NCBI GenBank assembly: GCA_043750125.1
Contig: JAYVCD010000337.1
Span: forward strand, 1-28,177
Length of the DNA stretch: 28,177 nt
Direction: 5' to 3'
Origin: Archangiaceae bacterium
GTDB lineage: Bacteria > Myxococcota > Myxococcia > Myxococcales > Myxococcaceae
The translations under genes and the position numbers were made by a program. The notes below the pieces were generated by a model. It did no database searches. It was not told the DNA's origin and saw only the letters and a program-made list of their open reading frames with translations. Positions within the stretch are counted from its first letter, which is position 1; each line of letters starts with the position of its first letter. Of this stretch, positions 9,925-18,451 are shown piece by piece.

Positions 9925-11688
9925 TCACGGGGCACCCGGTGGCGCAACGTAAAACGGAGAATTATTCTCCAATTGCTTTCGTCGCCAAACGAGCAGCAAC
10001 ACCAGGGCACCCCAGGCCCAGGGACCCGTACCACTCTGGCAGCCGCACCCTTTCGGGGGACTCATCGGAATCATTCCCCCGTCGGCGACACCGGCGTCGC
10101 TCATTCCCGCGTCGGGGCCGGGGGTTTCGACGGTGAGGGTCCAGCTGTGGAGAACGGCGTTCTTCCCGTCCGAGACGGTGATCGTCACCGGGTTGTCGCC
10201 CACGTCGCTGACCAGCGGCACCCACTTGAGCTCTCCGGGCCCCAGAAACTGCATCTGGGCCGGACCCGTGGTCTTCACGTACGTCAGCTTCCTGGCCTCG
10301 GGGTCGGTGGCGACGATCTGGTAGCTGTACGCACGATTCACGGTCGCGCGCGTGGGGGGGCTCGAAGTGATCTGCGGCGGTCGGTTGAGCGGCGGAGTCC
10401 ATTGGTGGATTTCGAACATCCCGAACGCGGCGCGGTAGAAGAACGCACCGACGAACCGACCCCCCAAAGCGCGGGCCCACCCAAATTGATAGCTGTAGCC
10501 CCAGTAGGAAGTCTGGACGCCGCTGATCAACGAGCCTTGCGGAGTGATGTCGCGCGGCGCGGTGGGATCGCTGACATCGAACAGAAACTCTTCGTTCAGG
10601 CCCACGCTGGTGCCGTCGTGCGCCGGCTCTCGCCCGCTCGCATAGCTCAACATCCAAGAGCCATCGGCCGCCCGCGACCGAAGCACCTGGGTGTCGGCTT
10701 CGTACGGGCGGACGGCAGGAATCCACGCCAACACCGGTCCGGGGTCACTCGACGTTCCTTTCACCATCGCAGTCACGTCGTAGAACTGCAGTCGGCTCGG
10801 GGTGAGCGCCGCGACGAAGGTGCGGTCGGCGGACTTCCACATCGCGACAGCTCCGACGAAGTCTGTGGCCGGGCCCGAGCCCAGCTTCACGGGACTCGAG
10901 GGGGTCGAGACGTTCCAGACGTCGAAGCCTCCACCGAGCGCTGCGTTGGTGACGACGAACCCGTCGACTCCGTCGAGGCGGGTGACCGACTTCTGTTTTG
11001 CGATTCCATTGTCCATCCACGTCGAGCTCAGCGCCCCTGCTGCGACGAAGACATTCGGAACCATCGAGCCCGGGTTGGGAGTGACCTCCTGGTAGACGGC
11101 GGGGATCAAGGCGGCAGCGGTGAGGTCGTAGATCGCCACCGCGCCATCGCAGGCGACCAGCGCGTACGGCCGGGCGCTCAGAGTCGCGGTGTACGCGTCG
11201 CGGCAGCTCTTCCCATTGACGTCGAGGGGATCTCCGTCCTGGTAGAGGACCCGCGGCGCAGCTTTGTCGGCGACGTTGACCAGCGCGACACCCGCGCGGC
11301 CGTTGAGCGCCAGCACCGCGAGGTTCGAGCCCGTCGGCGGCGCTGCGACATCGAGGACGAAAATCTTTCCCGGCTCTCCGAGGGGAATCTTGGGAATGGC
11401 CGTCGAAGCCACCGACCCAACGCGCGGAGGGTTCTTCGGGTTGGCGGTCAAGTCCCAGACGGCCAGGCCGGTGTTGGTCGCTTCGAGCAGGACGCCATTC
11501 CAGGGCTCGAGAGCGACCGTCAGCTTGGCGCTCGAGAACGGCTGGGTCGCTTCATCGAACGCAGAGTGATCGCGCGCGGCGGCGACGGTGACCGTGTCGC
11601 CAGGCTTGAGCTCACCCCACAGCGCAGAAGGAGAAACGTAAGCCGGGGTGGGGCCGTTGGCGGCGAGCAGCAGACTGAGCCAGATCAT
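9925..11688 (-). CDS. Secreted surface protein: LVIVD-like repeat (beta-propeller) region, Ig/cadherin-like domain, MYXO-CTERM-type sorting signal
   Basis: Signal peptide, repeated (V/F)(W/F)D(L/V)xxPxxP motifs, [11 protein letters not shown]...[11 protein letters not shown]g-like domain, DAG linker, and GCGC...hydrophobic helix...RRK tail. Confidence 0.85.
   Translation of the reverse strand: MIWLSLLLAANGPTPAYVSPSALWGELKPGDTVTVAAARDHSAFDEATQPFSSAKLTVALEPWNGVLLEATNTGLAVWDLTANPKNPPRVGSVASTAIPKIPLGEPGKIFVLDVAAPPTGSNLAVLALNGRAGVALVNVADKAAPRVLYQDGDPLDVNGKSCRDAYTATLSARPYALVACDGAVAIYDLTAAALIPAVYQEVTPNPGSMVPNVFVAAGALSSTWMDNGIAKQKSVTRLDGVDGFVVTNAALGGGFDVWNVSTPSSPVKLGSGPATDFVGAVAMWKSADRTFVAALTPSRLQFYDVTAMVKGTSSDPGPVLAWIPAVRPYEADTQVLRSRAADGSWMLSYASGREPAHDGTSVGLNEEFLFDVSDPTAPRDITPQGSLISGVQTSYWGYSYQFGWARALGGRFVGAFFYRAAFGMFEIHQWTPPLNRPPQITSSPPTRATVNRAYSYQIVATDPEARKLTYVKTTGPAQMQFLGPGELKWVPLVSDVGDNPVTITVSDGKNAVLHSWTLTVETPGPDAGMSDAGVADGGMIPMSPPKGCGCQSGTGPWAWGALVLLLVWRRKQLENNSPFYVAPPGAP
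9956..9970. promoter_or_regulatory. 7-1-7 inverted repeat GGAGAAT-T-ATTCTCC, putative Fur/PerR-family operator upstream of dps
   Basis: Perfect 7-bp arms about 65 bp upstream of the dps start. It resembles the GATAAT/GAGAAT-N-ATT Fur-type box. Confidence 0.5.
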
Positions 11689-11697
11689 TGGCGGGGG

Positions 11698-12636
11698 TCA
11701 TACTCCACCCCGAAGCACGACCGTTGGAAGCCACGCTCCGTTCGTCTCTTCGAGCAGCGCGACCAACCGGCCCAGGTGCAGCGCGCGGACCTGCATCGGC
11801 GCGGGAGGAAAACCCCGGGGAAACGGCCACGACGGGCCGCGGTGTTGGGTGGTGGGAAGAGGGCTCACCCGTTTGAGAATTCCCATTTCCTCATCGGTCA
11901 GCGTCCGCGAGGGCAGCCAGGGCAGCAGGCCTTCGCGATCGACCTGGACCCGCTCACCCGGCAGCGGACAATTCCAGGGGCCGATGGAAGTGCGCATCAG
12001 CGCGGTCAGGTGCGCTCGGCACCCCAACGCCCGGCCGAGATCTCGAGCGAGCGAACGCACGTAGTACCCGCCCCTGCAAACCAGCTCGAGGACGCTGTGG
12101 TCAGGCAGCGCGTGCGAGAGCCACTTCGCCGAGTGGAGATAGACGCGTGAGCCGGGCAGCTCGAATTGATCTCCGCGTTTGACCTTCAGCCACGCGCGCT
12201 CGCCATTGACCCGCTTGTTGCTGTGCAGCGGAGGCACCTGCTCGGTCCACCCCAACATCGGCAACAGCGCTGCGTCGAGCTGCTCAGCGGTGAGCCCGTC
12301 TGCGTTTCCTTCCGCCCCTCGAGCGCCGAGCAGGTCTCCGTTGTCGGTCTCAAAACCCCACTTCACCGTGGCGACGTAGGTCTTCGGCGCCGGGTGCAAC
12401 GAAGCGAACAGCTTGGTCGCAGGTCCCACCAAAACCAGCATCAGACCTTCGGCAAAGGGATCCAGGGCGCCGCCATGACACACCGGCCACTTGCGCCCAC
12501 CCTGGGCCAACAGGGCATCATTGGTCTGCTGGACAACCGAGAATGCCGCTGGCCCTGCAGGTTTCCGCAGCAGACACAGTCCGGGAAGAACCTCGGAATT
12601 CTGTGGATCAGCGGTTATTTTCACCTCATCCACCAT
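11698..12636 (-). CDS. truB: TruB-family pseudouridine synthase (divergent, stand-alone paralog-like)
   Basis: KP.G, HGGALDPFAEG (catalytic Asp), KTYVA...G.ETDNGD, QVPPLHS, C.GGYYVRSLARDLG and L.RT.IG. Start placed at ATG 12636 (uncertain). Confidence 0.85.
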   Translation of the reverse strand: MVDEVKITADPQNSEVLPGLCLLRKPAGPAAFSVVQQTNDALLAQGGRKWPVCHGGALDPFAEGLMLVLVGPATKLFASLHPAPKTYVATVKWGFETDNGDLLGARGAEGNADGLTAEQLDAALLPMLGWTEQVPPLHSNKRVNGERAWLKVKRGDQFELPGSRVYLHSAKWLSHALPDHSVLELVCRGGYYVRSLARDLGRALGCRAHLTALMRTSIGPWNCPLPGERVQVDREGLLPWLPSRTLTDEEMGILKRVSPLPTTQHRGPSWPFPRGFPPAPMQVRALHLGRLVALLEETNGAWLPTVVLRGGV

Positions 12637-12687
12637 CGCACACCCCAGCCAATGGGCCGGATTGGTTCCTGTTTCTGGTAGTAAAGG

Positions 12688-12703
12688 TGGCACCAACGTT
12701 GCT
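12688..12703 (+). promoter_or_regulatory. Sigma-54 (-24/-12) promoter
   Basis: TGGCAC-CAACG-TTGCT matches the TGGCAC-N5-TTGC(A/T) consensus exactly, directly upstream of CDS 12719. Confidence 0.8.
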
Positions 12704-12718
12704 CAGTGACCCTCCAAG

Positions 12719-13789
12719 ATGACGTTCCGCTCCGCACTCCTCGCTGTCTTCCTCTTGTCCTGCCCTGCCCTGGGCTCAGGTCAGCTGGACAGCCTGCGCT
12801 CTTCAGCGAAGGTCGCGCGGGAACAGGCGCTGGTGGTGCGCAGCGAGCAGATGCAAAAGCGGCAGGAACTCAACCAGCTTTCGACGCACATCGAGGCGCT
12901 GAAGCTCAAGGCGAAGGGCAGGCTGCTGGCGGGCGGTCAGCTGGACGCGGCCCTCAAGCAGTCCCAGGAACTTTCCGCCGCACTGACTTCGCTGGCGCAG
13001 TCGATGTCCGCCCGCGAGGCCGAGCTCGAATCGGCCAACCTGGCGTTGCTCGAAGCCCTCAGCGCCCAACTGACTTCGCTGCGGGCGGACTTTGACCGGC
13101 AGACCACGCGCGCCAACCGCCAGAACATTTTGAACCAGTTCAAGACCCTGCGGGCCGAGCGTGAGCAGGTTCGTGCGGCCCTGCCGCCGGCTCGGGTTCC
13201 CGCGCTCGAGGCGCAGCGCTTTTCGGAAGATCCGACCGAGCTGCTCGAGCAGGCCGATGCGATGCGCGACAACGAGGACAAGGTCCGCCGCGAGCTCAAA
13301 GCGCTCGAGAACCGAATCGCCGAGGCCAAATCGGAGCGGGCACTCGACGGCCGCGTTCGTCAGTTCCTCGGCGAAGAGTCGTTGTTCGATGATCAGGATC
13401 GAAGGCTGCGGGTGAGGCGCGAGTCGCCGCTGGATTCCGCGCCCGCGTTGGCCGCGACGAGAGATGACAGCACCGACCGGACCACCGCGGGCAACCCGAT
13501 GCCGGGCGAGAATTTTGGCGGAATCGGCGCAGCGAGTGGACCCGCCAAGGCGGCGAGCAATCCTGAGGGCCTGCCTGTTCCCGTGGCTCCTGGCACTCCT
13601 GGCATGCCGGGAACCAAGGTCTCGAACGGCACGGATGCGCGCCCGACGGTGGGAACCCAGCGGATCGCCGGTGGCGACGATGATGATCTCGAGGAGCTCG
13701 AAGTGCAACGCCTGAAGCTGCAGAGCCTGGCCGGTCAGCTGCGCGCGCGAGCGATGGATCTCGAGAAGAAGGCCGCCGAGCTGAAGTAG
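12719..13789 (+). CDS. Secreted/periplasmic coiled-coil protein of unknown function
   Basis: N-terminal signal peptide, long heptad-rich helical regions, a Pro/Gly-rich disordered segment and a C-terminal helix. Confidence 0.8.
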   Translation: MTFRSALLAVFLLSCPALGSGQLDSLRSSAKVAREQALVVRSEQMQKRQELNQLSTHIEALKLKAKGRLLAGGQLDAALKQSQELSAALTSLAQSMSAREAELESANLALLEALSAQLTSLRADFDRQTTRANRQNILNQFKTLRAEREQVRAALPPARVPALEAQRFSEDPTELLEQADAMRDNEDKVRRELKALENRIAEAKSERALDGRVRQFLGEESLFDDQDRRLRVRRESPLDSAPALAATRDDSTDRTTAGNPMPGENFGGIGAASGPAKAASNPEGLPVPVAPGTPGMPGTKVSNGTDARPTVGTQRIAGGDDDDLEELEVQRLKLQSLAGQLRARAMDLEKKAAELK

Positions 13790-13792
13790 TCG

Positions 13793-14317
13793 TCAGGGCG
13801 ACGCAGAAATGCGGAGCTTGACCTTCACTTCCAGCCGCGTGTCCTTTGAAGGCTGGTTTCCCTTTCCGCGCAGAACCACGGTGACGAGGGGCGCGGTGAT
13901 GAACGGGGTCACGTCGACCTCTCTCACGTCGAGCGCCAGAATGGGGTTCGGCGCGGTCAGCGGAAGATCTCCGATGTTCACCTTGTCCGCGAAGAGCAGC
14001 TCCAGGTCTCCGGCGCGCGCCACGACCTGAAGGCTCTGCAGAAAACTGAAGTCCTGATCCAGCGGAGAAAGGATCTTGAACGTGACCGATTCTACGTCCA
14101 CGTGGGTCACCCGATCGCGGGTCACCTTGTCGTTCTGAAACTCCCGGTTCGCATTGAAGTCGAGGTCGTTCATCCCGCCGATCGAAGGGAAGACGTTCAG
14201 CGGGGGAGCCAGGAGGTTGCCCGCCACGACCGATTCACCCTTGACCTCGGTGCCAAAAGTAAACGGGCCACACCCCGTCAGAGCAAAGACCAAAGCTGAA
14301 CTGAGCAGGCGCGCCAT
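13793..14317 (-). CDS. Hypothetical lipoprotein (beta-rich)
   Basis: MARLLSSALVFALTGC lipobox from the ATG at 14317. Confidence 0.75.
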   Translation of the reverse strand: MARLLSSALVFALTGCGPFTFGTEVKGESVVAGNLLAPPLNVFPSIGGMNDLDFNANREFQNDKVTRDRVTHVDVESVTFKILSPLDQDFSFLQSLQVVARAGDLELLFADKVNIGDLPLTAPNPILALDVREVDVTPFITAPLVTVVLRGKGNQPSKDTRLEVKVKLRISASP

Positions 14318-14393
14318 CGAACCGGACACTCTAACGGGCGGACTGCCACTTGGCGATTTGGCTGCCGGCCCCAGCTGGGCTATGGGGCGGGCC

Positions 14394-15170
14394 ATGAATT
14401 CACGTCACGCGTCGCTGCTGCTGTCCTCGGTCGTTGTCCTCTTTCTCGCAGGCTGCGGAGGTACGGGTGTCGGTGGCACCGATGGAGGTACCGGCGGAGG
14501 CACGGGTACCGGCGGCGGCAGGGGCACCGGCGGCGGCACGGGCACTGGCGGCGGCACGGGCACTGGCGGCGGCACGGGCACCGGCGGCGGCACGGGCACC
14601 GGCGGCGGCACGGGCACCGGCGGCGGTAGCGGCGGCGGCACCGGCGGCGCGGGCGGCGGCGCAGCAGCCCCGACCTGCTCGTCGTACTGCACGACGATTC
14701 AGGCCAACTGCAAGGCTGCGACGGACGGCGGCACGACCAACGCTCAGTTCAACAGCACCGATGCCTGCACCGGTTCGTGCGCTGGATTCCCGGCCGGCGC
14801 CACGGGCGCTACGTCAGGCAACAGCCTGGCTTGTCGCGCCTACCACGCGGGCGCTGCACCGACCGACGCGTTCCTCCACTGCCCCCACGCGGGTCCTGCG
14901 GGCGACGGAACCTGCGGCAGCAACTGTGAGAGCTTCTGCGCCATCGCGGCGGCGGCATGCACGGGCGCCAACGTTCAGTTCGCGGACACCGCCACCTGTC
15001 TCACCGCCTGCAACAGCTTCCCGGGCGTGACCGCGCACTACAACTCGTCCACCACCTCGGGCAATTCGTTCTCTTGCCGGATGTACCACCTGACGGTTGC
15101 AGCCTCGAGCATGGCCAATGCGACCACGCACTGCCCGCACATCAAGGTGGCCGGCGCTCCCTGCGGGTGA
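14394..15170 (+). CDS. Cys-rich lipoprotein with GGGTGT tandem linker and duplicated Cys/His domain
   Basis: Lipobox LAGC from ATG 14394. Two copies of CxxxC...QF...C...C..FP...GNS..CR.YH...HCPH. Confidence 0.85.
   Translation: MNSRHASLLLSSVVVLFLAGCGGTGVGGTDGGTGGGTGTGGGRGTGGGTGTGGGTGTGGGTGTGGGTGTGGGTGTGGGSGGGTGGAGGGAAAPTCSSYCTTIQANCKAATDGGTTNAQFNSTDACTGSCAGFPAGATGATSGNSLACRAYHAGAAPTDAFLHCPHAGPAGDGTCGSNCESFCAIAAAACTGANVQFADTATCLTACNSFPGVTAHYNSSTTSGNSFSCRMYHLTVAASSMANATTHCPHIKVAGAPCG
14493..14618 (+). repeat. 18-bp coding tandem repeat, 7 copies (GGCGGCGGCACGGGCACY, GGGTGT)
   Basis: Directly visible units starting at 14493, 14511, 14529, 14547, 14565, 14583 and 14601. Confidence 0.92.
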
Positions 15171-15204
15171 GCTGAAGTCTCCACTTTTCAGATCAGCCTG
15201 ATCT

Positions 15205-15256
15205 TTCGGGGTAATCGCGCACTGCATCGGTGCTCGGTTGCCCCGAAGTTTTTTTT
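15205..15256 (+). terminator. Rho-independent terminator after the Cys-rich lipoprotein
   Basis: TTCGGGGTAATCG...CGGTTGCCCCGAA stem (with G-U pairs) followed by a T8 run. Confidence 0.7.
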
Positions 15257-15336
15257 CAAGGGGGGGGCTCCTTGACGGGAGCTGCAGATGCGGCAACCCT
15301 TCGCCGCTCACTGTTACCTTCTGGGGGCTGTTACCG

Positions 15337-15832
15337 ATGCAGAACACGCTCAAACTGTTGCTCGCTTAATTCGCAGTCGCCCTGACCTTGCAGACGTTTT
15401 CCTGTGGCGACGGGGGCAGCACGACCGACGGAAGGTCGGGCGGCGGTAGAGGCGAGGGCACCGGAACGGGCGGCGGCACCGGAACCGGCGGCGGGACAGC
15501 AGGAGTTCTTGGCTCCTACACGCTGACCCTCACCGGTGCACCGGCGAGTCACAACGGAAAAGTCATGACCTTGAAAGTGAAGTTCCTCGATGGTGGCACG
15601 GCCGGAATGGGGAACGCGGACCATCGCAGCCAACACGGGAACCATCGCCGTTCCCTCGGTGCTGAAGGCCGGCGCCACCTACAACTCCGACTACTGCATC
15701 GACCTGAACGGTACCGCGGGCTGCCAGTTTCCGGCGGACCACCAGTGGCGTCGGTCGGTGGTGGGCGACGGTGGAAATGTCGCCGAGACCCGTCCCCACG
15801 GCGATCCACAGACCGACGTAACTCCGTTCTAA
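15337..15832 (+). pseudogene. Disrupted Gly/Thr-linker lipoprotein gene
   Basis: ATG 15337 reads MQNTLKLLLA*FAVALTLQTFSC with an in-frame TAA (15367-15369) in the signal peptide. A +1 frameshift near 15619 continues as TIAANTGTIAVP...TPF*. Confidence 0.7.
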
Positions 15833-15845
15833 GCAGCGACGCGGG

Positions 15846-16925
15846 TCACAAGAAGCGCTCGAGCTTTGCGGCTTTGAGCGCTTCGACGACCTTGCGAACG
15901 TCCTGCGCCTTGTCTTTGGGCAGGACGAGCACCGCATCGCCGGCATCAATCACCACCACGTCTTTCATTCCGACGACGGCCAGTGGGCGCTTGCTCGCGA
16001 GCACCACGCACCGCACCGAATCGATGACGAACGCGTTCCCTTCGACCACGTTGCCCTGCGAGTCCAGCGGGCGCAGATCGGGCAGCGCGCTGAAGCTGCC
16101 CACGTCGCTCCAACCGCAATCCGCGCGGACCACCGCGATGTTCGAGGCTTTCTCAGCCACCCCGTAGTCGATGCTCGTCGCGGGCATTTTCGGAAAGAGC
16201 TTCTTCAGCGCCTTCGAGTACTTCGCTGTCCCGACGGTCGCGCGCAACGCCTCGAGCGCCTTCGACAGCTCAGGCATCAGCTGCGCGAAAGCAGCCAACA
16301 TCACGTCGACGCGAAAGACGAAGATCCCCGCGTTCCAGAAATAGTCGCCCGAAGAGAGGTAGCGCTGCGCCGTCTCGAGATCCGGCTTCTCGACGAACCG
16401 CGCCACCTTGTGCGCCGGGGGCGCAATCGCCTCGCCCACCTGAATGTAGCCATACCCCGTCTCGGGCCGGGTCGGCTTGATCCCCAGAGTCACAATCTGA
16501 CCACCCTGGGCCACGCCGATCGCCGCCTTGAGCGCCTCCCGAAACGCCTTCGGATCTGCCACGTGTTGATCCGACGGCATCACCACCATTACCCCCTGTG
16601 GATTTCGATGGGCCACGTGCGCGCACGCCAGCGCAATCGCCGGGGCGGTGTTGCGCGCTTCCGGCTCGACCAGCACGTTGGCTTTGGGAAGCCCCTTGAG
16701 CAACCGGGCCGTCGGCGCCGCATGCAGCGCACCGCACACCACGAAGCTGTCGGAAATCGGAGCCAGGCCCAGCACGCGATCGAACGTCTCGGCGATCATC
16801 GTTTTTGCGCCCGTCAGCGGCAGAAACTGCTTGGGCCGGGCCTTTCGGGACAGCGGCCAGAAGCGTGTCCCCGAGCCTCCCGCCATGATCACCGGGAAGA
16901 TTGTCCCAACCGTCTTTTTGCCCAT
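15846..16925 (-). CDS. manC: Mannose-1-phosphate guanylyltransferase
   Basis: IMAGGSGTRFWPLSR..PKQF, EP.ARNTAPA, TGYGYI, FVEKP, WNAGIF, SIDY and WSDVGS. No cupin (PMI) domain. Confidence 0.95.
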   Translation of the reverse strand: MGKKTVGTIFPVIMAGGSGTRFWPLSRKARPKQFLPLTGAKTMIAETFDRVLGLAPISDSFVVCGALHAAPTARLLKGLPKANVLVEPEARNTAPAIALACAHVAHRNPQGVMVVMPSDQHVADPKAFREALKAAIGVAQGGQIVTLGIKPTRPETGYGYIQVGEAIAPPAHKVARFVEKPDLETAQRYLSSGDYFWNAGIFVFRVDVMLAAFAQLMPELSKALEALRATVGTAKYSKALKKLFPKMPATSIDYGVAEKASNIAVVRADCGWSDVGSFSALPDLRPLDSQGNVVEGNAFVIDSVRCVVLASKRPLAVVGMKDVVVIDAGDAVLVLPKDKAQDVRKVVEALKAAKLERFL

Positions 16926-17293
16926 AGGCGCTGGCTTCTAGCCGAGGCGATTCCAGGCTCAACGTCCAAACTTTCAACGGGCAATTGACCTGATCAAAAT
17001 CAACCGCCGACAATGTGTTTCGTTTGAAAACAGCCAGCAGTTATTTCGGTCACTTTTCCGCGCCTGTAAACACCTGATCTCACATGGCCGAGACTCGTTA
17101 TGTAACTATTGTTCACGTGGCTGGCTTGACCGTGTCTCGCGTAAGTGACTGTAAGTTTTCACTTGCCATTCAGTAATTTCAGTAAGTTGGGTTGTGGCCG
17201 GGCTCTTGCTCAGTGAGACGGCGCAGCAGTCGCGCATCCAATCCATCTCGCCGAAGCCAGTCAACGGACGCATCGCGTCCGAGGGGTACTTCT

Positions 17294-18451
17294 ATGTCTC
17301 GAGTCCTGACCGCAACACTCGCATTGGTGGTCGTCGGCTGTGGACCCCAGGAAGCGGTAGTCGCCCACGGGGGGGACAACGTCGCGAGCAGTGGAGCCGA
17401 GCTGCGCTGGAGTCAGTTCCTTTCCAAAGTTCACCAATTGCCCGAGCAGGACGTCTTCATCGTCAACGGCGACTCGACGGTCGAAGGTTGGAAGAACCTG
17501 CGTGCGTTCTACGAAGTGGCGGTGCTGGGCGGGCAGCAGCTGATCATCGATCAGAACGGCGGCGTCGACTCGAAGTGGACCGACACCCAGAAGCTCAACC
17601 TCACCTACTGCGTGAGCAACAACTTCGGCACCCACAAGACCGCAGTGGTGCAGGCCATGGCGGGCGCCGCTGACGCGTGGGCGGCCGCGACGAACATCAA
17701 GTACGTCTACGTCAGTGCGGAAGACGGCAACTGCAACACCGGCAACAACAACGTCGTCTTCGACGTTCGCCCGGTGAACGTCAATGGCCAGTACATCGCG
17801 CGCTCGTTCTTCCCCGGCAACTCGCGGTCGGCGCGCAGCGTGGAAATCGACAACAGCGCGTTCACCGCAACCAAGCCGACCGTCACTGGCGTGCTGCGCC
17901 ACGAATTGGGTCACACCCTGGGCTTCCGCCACGAGCACACCCGCCCCGAGGCCGGCACCTGCTTCGAGGACAACAACTGGCGCCCGCTCACCACCTACGA
18001 CTCGAGCTCGGTGATGCATTACCCCCAGTGCAATGGCACCGGTGACTGGTCGCTGATTCTGACCGCCCGAGACATCGCCGGCGCCAAGCTCGTCTACGGA
18101 GATCCGGGCGGCGTCAATCCTCCTCCTCCTCCTCCCCCGCCCCCGAGCAACGTCGTCGAGCAGACCTTCAGCGGCAGCGTGGCGCGCGGACAGTGGGCGT
18201 CGATTCCGGCCCTCGCCGTCAAGCCGGGCACCACGTTCACTGCAGTCCTCTCGGGCAGCGGAGATCCGGATCTCTACGTTCGCGTCGGCTCGGCGCCCAC
18301 TGCGACCCGCTTCACCTGCCGTCCCTACCTCGACGGCCCGAACGAGACCTGCAGCATCACCGTGCCTTCGGGCAGCTCGTCGGTGTTCGTCAGCGTCAAT
18401 GGCTACGCCGCGGCGAATTTCTCGGTCAAGGTCACCTACACCACGCCGTAG
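17294..18451 (+). CDS. Lipoprotein zinc metalloprotease (M57-like metzincin) with C-terminal PPC domain
   Basis: GAGGGG RBS, lipobox VVGC, HELGHTLGFRH zinc motif, Met-turn SVMHY, poly-Pro linker and GSGDPDLYVR PPC motif. Confidence 0.9.
   Translation: MSRVLTATLALVVVGCGPQEAVVAHGGDNVASSGAELRWSQFLSKVHQLPEQDVFIVNGDSTVEGWKNLRAFYEVAVLGGQQLIIDQNGGVDSKWTDTQKLNLTYCVSNNFGTHKTAVVQAMAGAADAWAAATNIKYVYVSAEDGNCNTGNNNVVFDVRPVNVNGQYIARSFFPGNSRSARSVEIDNSAFTATKPTVTGVLRHELGHTLGFRHEHTRPEAGTCFEDNNWRPLTTYDSSSVMHYPQCNGTGDWSLILTARDIAGAKLVYGDPGGVNPPPPPPPPPSNVVEQTFSGSVARGQWASIPALAVKPGTTFTAVLSGSGDPDLYVRVGSAPTATRFTCRPYLDGPNETCSITVPSGSSSVFVSVNGYAAANFSVKVTYTTP

Noticed and set aside
9891..10034. N-terminal extension of Dps in the ORF track
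   Set aside because: It overlaps the upstream CDS, and a clear AGGAG RBS supports GTG 9890.
9973..12150. 725-aa + strand ORF
   Set aside because: Antisense shadow of the MYXO-CTERM and TruB genes. Long stop-free antisense frames are expected at this GC content, and it has no motifs.
14351..14366. Second sigma-54 promoter TGGCGATTTGGCTGCC before the Cys-rich lipoprotein
   Set aside because: GG-N10-GC spacing is right, but the flanking consensus is weak and likely by chance in GC-rich DNA.
14493..14618. Repeat array as CRISPR
   Set aside because: Contiguous in-frame coding repeats without spacers, and no cas genes.
14670..15170. Multiheme cytochrome c
   Set aside because: No CxxCH motif is present despite many Cys and His.
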